Shown one piece after another: positions 60,322 through 64,000 of a stretch of 64,000 nucleotides of DNA. This DNA is from Candidatus Pacearchaeota archaeon (GTDB taxonomy: Archaea > Nanobdellota > Nanobdellia > Pacearchaeales > GW2011-AR1), in contig JACPGZ010000017.1 in the NCBI GenBank assembly GCA_016188895.1, positions 2,538 to 66,537 on the forward strand, given 5' to 3'. Position numbers and translations under genes: made by a program. The stretch's first letter is position 1. Each line of letters opens with the position of its first letter. The notes beneath the pieces are model-generated. The model was given only the letters and a program-made list of their open reading frames with translations. It made no database searches and was not told the DNA's origin.

Positions 60322-62907
60322 ATGACAATAAGTTATGTTGAAAAACCACATACAAGAGAAGAAGTTGAAAAAACTTTAAATCCTCTTGTAAGAGAATGGT
60401 TCTATAGTAAATTTAGAGAGTTCTCTCTTACACAACTCTATGGAGTAAAAAATATAAGAGATAGAAAAAATATTCTAATCACTGCGCCAACGGGGGGGAC
60501 AAAAACTCTAACAGCTTTTCTGAGTATTATCAATTACTTAGTTGAATTATCATTAAAGAATGAATTGGAGAATAAAGTTTATGCTGTTTACATAAGCCCA
60601 CTTAAAGCACTTTCTTCAGACATCTTCGTTAATCTTGTTCAACCTCTAAAAGAGATAGAAGAGTTGTCACGAAAAAAGGGATTAAAATTACAAAATATTA
60701 GAGTTGGTCTTAGAACTGGAGATACTGATGCAAAGGAAAGAGCACATATGCTTAGAAAACCTGCTCATATATTGATAACCACTCCAGAAACACTCGGAAT
60801 TGTTCTTAATGCGCCAAAGTTTTCCCAGGCTTTGAAAGCTGTTGAGTTTGTCATTATTGATGAGATACATGCTCTTGCTAATAAGAGAGGAGTGTTTTTA
60901 TCATTATGCATTGAGAGATTAGTTGATTTGAGCAGCATTACTCCTGTCAGGATTGGATTAAGTGCTACAATTGCTCCTTTAGAAGAGATTGCTAGATTTT
61001 TGTCGCTGAAAGAGAAATGCATTATAGCTGATGTTCAGTTTATCAAGAAAACAGATATTGATGTTTTTATTCCTGTAAGGCATCTTATTGAGACTGATTC
61101 TAAAGAGATGCATTCTGGATTATATGGGCTAATTGATGAGCTGATTCAGGAGCATAAAACAGTTATTGTATTTACAAATACGAGGTCTGCTACTGAAAGG
61201 GTTGTGCATCATTTGAAAGAGAAATTTCCTAAGAAATATATTGATGCTATTGGAGCGCATCACTCTTCTTTGAGTAAGCATCACAGACAAGGGATTGAGC
61301 AGGGATTGAGAGATGGGAAATTAAAGGTAGTTGTGACAAGCACTAGCTTAGAGCTTGGGATTGATATAGGATATGTTGATTTAGTTATTCTTTTGGGAAG
61401 CCCTAAGAGCAGTGCAAGAGCTTTGCAAAGAATTGGAAGATCAGGGCATAAGTTGCATGATGTTGCAAAAGGAAGATTTATTGTGCTTGACAGGGATGAT
61501 TTGGTTGAATGCGGGATTTTGATGAAGGAGTGTAAGGAAAAGAAAATAGATAAGGTGCAGATTCCTAAAAATTGTTTAGATGTTCTTGCCCAGCAAATTT
61601 ATGGAATGGCTATATATAAGGTTTGGAATGCTGATGAGATGTTTAATCTGATTAGAAAAAGCTATTGCTATGAAACATTATCAAGAAATGAGTTTTTTTC
61701 TGTTGTAAGTTATCTTTCAGGAGGATATAACTTAGAGAACAGGAGTGTTTATGCAAAAATATGGTATGACCCTGATAGTAATGAGATTGGAAAAAGAGGA
61801 AAGCTTGCTAGAATGATTTATATGACAAATCTTGGGACAATTCCTGAAGAGAGTTTTGTCAATGTGGTTATATCTGGCGGAGAAAAGAAAGGAGAAAAGA
61901 TTGGGGTAATTGATGAGGCTTTTTTGGAAAGGATGAAACCAGGAGATGTTTTTGTTTTAGGCGGTGAAAGATATGTGTTTAATTATACAAAAGGAATGAA
62001 TGTTTATGTTTCTCACAGTGTTCATCGCCAGCCAACAATTCCTTCATGGTTTTCAGAGATGCTGCCTTTGAGTTTTGACTCTGCGTTAGAGATTGGAAGA
62101 TTCAGAAGGCTTGTTAATGAGAGGTTTGATAAGAAGTCTGCGAAAAAAGAGATAATAGAGTTTATAAAAAAGCATCTTTATTGCAAGGATGATGTTGCAG
62201 GGTCTATTTACGAGTATTTTTTGCACCAGTATAAGTTTTCAAAGATTCCTCATGACCAAAGAATTATTGTTGAGGAGTATAAAGGTGAAAAGAGATATTT
62301 TGTATTTCATACGCTTTTTGGAAGAAGGGTTAATGATGCGCTTTCAAGGGCGTTTGCAATGACTGCAGCATATTCTGGTGGGAGAGATGTTGAAGTTGGA
62401 ATAAGTGATAATGGATTTTTCCTTTCAGGAGAAAAGATAAATATTCAGAAATGCATTGAGCTTGTTAAGACTAAGAATTTTGATGCCTTGCTGAAAGAAA
62501 GTATTGAGAAAAGCGAGATTTTGAAAAGAAGATTTAGGCATTGCGCAACTAGGGGATTGATGATATTAAGAACATATAAGGGGGTAAGCAAGAGTGTTGG
62601 AAAGCAGCAGATGAAATCTGGTTTTATTTTAGGTGCTGTGAAAAAGATATCTGATGAATTTCCTATATTAAAAGAAGCTCGGCGCGAGGTTTTAGAAGAT
62701 GTGATGGATATTAATAATGCGAGAAAGGTTTTGCAGTGGATTGAGCAAGGAAAGATAAAGATAGAATTGCAAAGGACAGAGCTTCCAAGCCCGTTTGCAA
62801 CTAATTTGATATTGCAGGGCTATAGTGACTTGATAAAGATTGAGGATAAAATTGCATTCCTGAAGAGGATGTATGATGAAGTAAAGAAGAGGATTGGGGA
62901 AGAGTGA
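60322..62907 (+). CDS. lhr: Lhr-family ATP-dependent DNA helicase (superfamily 2, DEIH box)
   Basis: Motif I APTGGTKTL, motif II DEIHAL, motif VI QRIGRSGH. 861 aa with Lhr-like C-terminal domains. Confidence 0.8.
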   Translation: MTISYVEKPHTREEVEKTLNPLVREWFYSKFREFSLTQLYGVKNIRDRKNILITAPTGGTKTLTAFLSIINYLVELSLKNELENKVYAVYISPLKALSSDIFVNLVQPLKEIEELSRKKGLKLQNIRVGLRTGDTDAKERAHMLRKPAHILITTPETLGIVLNAPKFSQALKAVEFVIIDEIHALANKRGVFLSLCIERLVDLSSITPVRIGLSATIAPLEEIARFLSLKEKCIIADVQFIKKTDIDVFIPVRHLIETDSKEMHSGLYGLIDELIQEHKTVIVFTNTRSATERVVHHLKEKFPKKYIDAIGAHHSSLSKHHRQGIEQGLRDGKLKVVVTSTSLELGIDIGYVDLVILLGSPKSSARALQRIGRSGHKLHDVAKGRFIVLDRDDLVECGILMKECKEKKIDKVQIPKNCLDVLAQQIYGMAIYKVWNADEMFNLIRKSYCYETLSRNEFFSVVSYLSGGYNLENRSVYAKIWYDPDSNEIGKRGKLARMIYMTNLGTIPEESFVNVVISGGEKKGEKIGVIDEAFLERMKPGDVFVLGGERYVFNYTKGMNVYVSHSVHRQPTIPSWFSEMLPLSFDSALEIGRFRRLVNERFDKKSAKKEIIEFIKKHLYCKDDVAGSIYEYFLHQYKFSKIPHDQRIIVEEYKGEKRYFVFHTLFGRRVNDALSRAFAMTAAYSGGRDVEVGISDNGFFLSGEKINIQKCIELVKTKNFDALLKESIEKSEILKRRFRHCATRGLMILRTYKGVSKSVGKQQMKSGFILGAVKKISDEFPILKEARREVLEDVMDINNARKVLQWIEQGKIKIELQRTELPSPFATNLILQGYSDLIKIEDKIAFLKRMYDEVKKRIGEE

Positions 62908-62988
62908 TGAATGAAAGACTTTCTTATGATATCGTATATAATCCTCATTTATTATACGATAGCATCGTAAAGTTTAAATAGTCTTCTT

Positions 62989-64000
62989 ATGTCTATATTT
63001 CATGGAAACAGAGCTCTATAAACAAAATCCTTGGTGGGAGGGTAAATCTGAAATTGAAAGCATTCCTAGAGAAGAGCATCTTACTAGACTTATGCAAAAT
63101 TTAGAAAGTAGGGAGATATTATTTTTGATGGGGTTGAGGAGAGTTGGCAAAACAACAATAATGAAACAGTTTGTAGCGAGATTGTTGAATAAAAAAATTG
63201 CTCCTGATGATATTTTGTATGTCAGTTTGGATTCTTTTAATTTATCTGAATTTTCTATCCATGAAATTGTAAAAAAGTATAGAGAAATTCATAAAAAAAG
63301 TGTTGAGAAAAGAGTATACTTATTTTTTGATGAAGTTGTGGAAAAAGAAAATTTTGAGCAGGAACTAAAAAGCTTATATGATTCTGAAAATGTTAAAATG
63401 ATTTGTTCGTCTTCCAAAGCCACATTAATGATGGATAAGAGGGCATATTTGACTGGTAGGACAAAAACAATAGAAGTTATGCCTTTAACATTTCAAGAAT
63501 TTTTGATTTTTAAAAAAGTAGAAATCAAAAAAGCAGATAGGGCTATTCTTGAATCTTATTTTAAGGATTATTTAAAAACCGGAGGAATACCTTATTATGT
63601 GCTGACAGAAGATAGAGAATATTTAAATGAGTTAGTGCAAAATGTTATATATAAGGATATAATTGCCAGATATAATATAACCAATGAGAAAGTGATTAAG
63701 GAGTTGTTTAATTTATTATGCGAAAGAGTTGGGAAGATAACCAGCTATAATAAACTTGCTAATATATTGGGAATCTCTGTTGATAGTGTAAAGAGATATG
63801 TTAGATATTTTGAGAAATCTTATCTCTTTTATGTTGTTGATAGATACTCCAAATCTTTGAACGAGAGGATAACTTCTCCGAAGAAAATTTATATAGGAGA
63901 TGTTGGTATTAAAAACCTAATTACTGGTTATAGAGATCTTGGCGCGAGTTATGAGAATCTTGTTTTTCTTAAGATCAAAAATAAAGATCCTTATTATTAT
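62989..64000 (+). CDS. AAA+ ATPase with DUF4143-like C-terminal region (3' end outside the window)
   Basis: Walker A GLRRVGKTT, Walker B LFFDEV. Frame is open to the window end. Confidence 0.6.

Noticed and set aside
1-64000. rRNA genes
   Set aside because: No stretch is free of coding signal with rRNA-like composition; all larger gaps are AT-rich spacers.

Overview
This window is a low-GC (~33%) archaeal chromosomal segment, and the gene content (L32e, L19e, L44e, L39e, L31e, S19e, S3Ae, RpoN/F/D, PriS, prefoldin, split transketolase) suggests a small-genome, DPANN-like archaeon. All calls were made by reading the sequence and the ORF track; no searches were run. The window holds two to three ribosomal-protein/RNA-polymerase clusters (L6-L32e-L19e-L18-S5-L30-L15-SecY; RpoN-L1-L10-L12; L21e-RpoF-DUF655-S13-S4-S11-RpoD-tRNA-L18e-L13-S9; L31e-L39e-S19e), two intron-containing tRNAs, GluRS, RNase Z, an Sm protein and a DEAD-box helicase. 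A ~17 kb metal/redox accessory island (~30.9-50.6 kb) carries CopA with TRASH partners, MerA/ArsR, a FolE-SDR-PTPS pterin cluster, many Cys/His/Met-rich membrane proteins and a hidden metallothionein-like ORF, and is bracketed by two paralogous Met-rich genes sharing a ~170-bp near-identical tract. Next to it sits a bacterial-type sigma-70 factor, which is unexpected in an archaeon. At 53.8-60.3 kb there is a mobile-element-like region (HNH and LAGLIDADG endonucleases, a DUF4258/DUF2283 pair, iteron-like repeats, paralogous HTH proteins), followed by an Lhr-type helicase and a DUF4143 ATPase. The most distinctive sequence-level signal is a family of ~22-36-bp sense-oriented repeats (core CCCAYTSCRTAGGGCATYGGAG) at seven intercistronic junctions; in several cases it is translated as C- or N-terminal extensions of ribosomal proteins. 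Function is unknown for many ORFs, and many calls rest on remembered family motifs rather than database searches.
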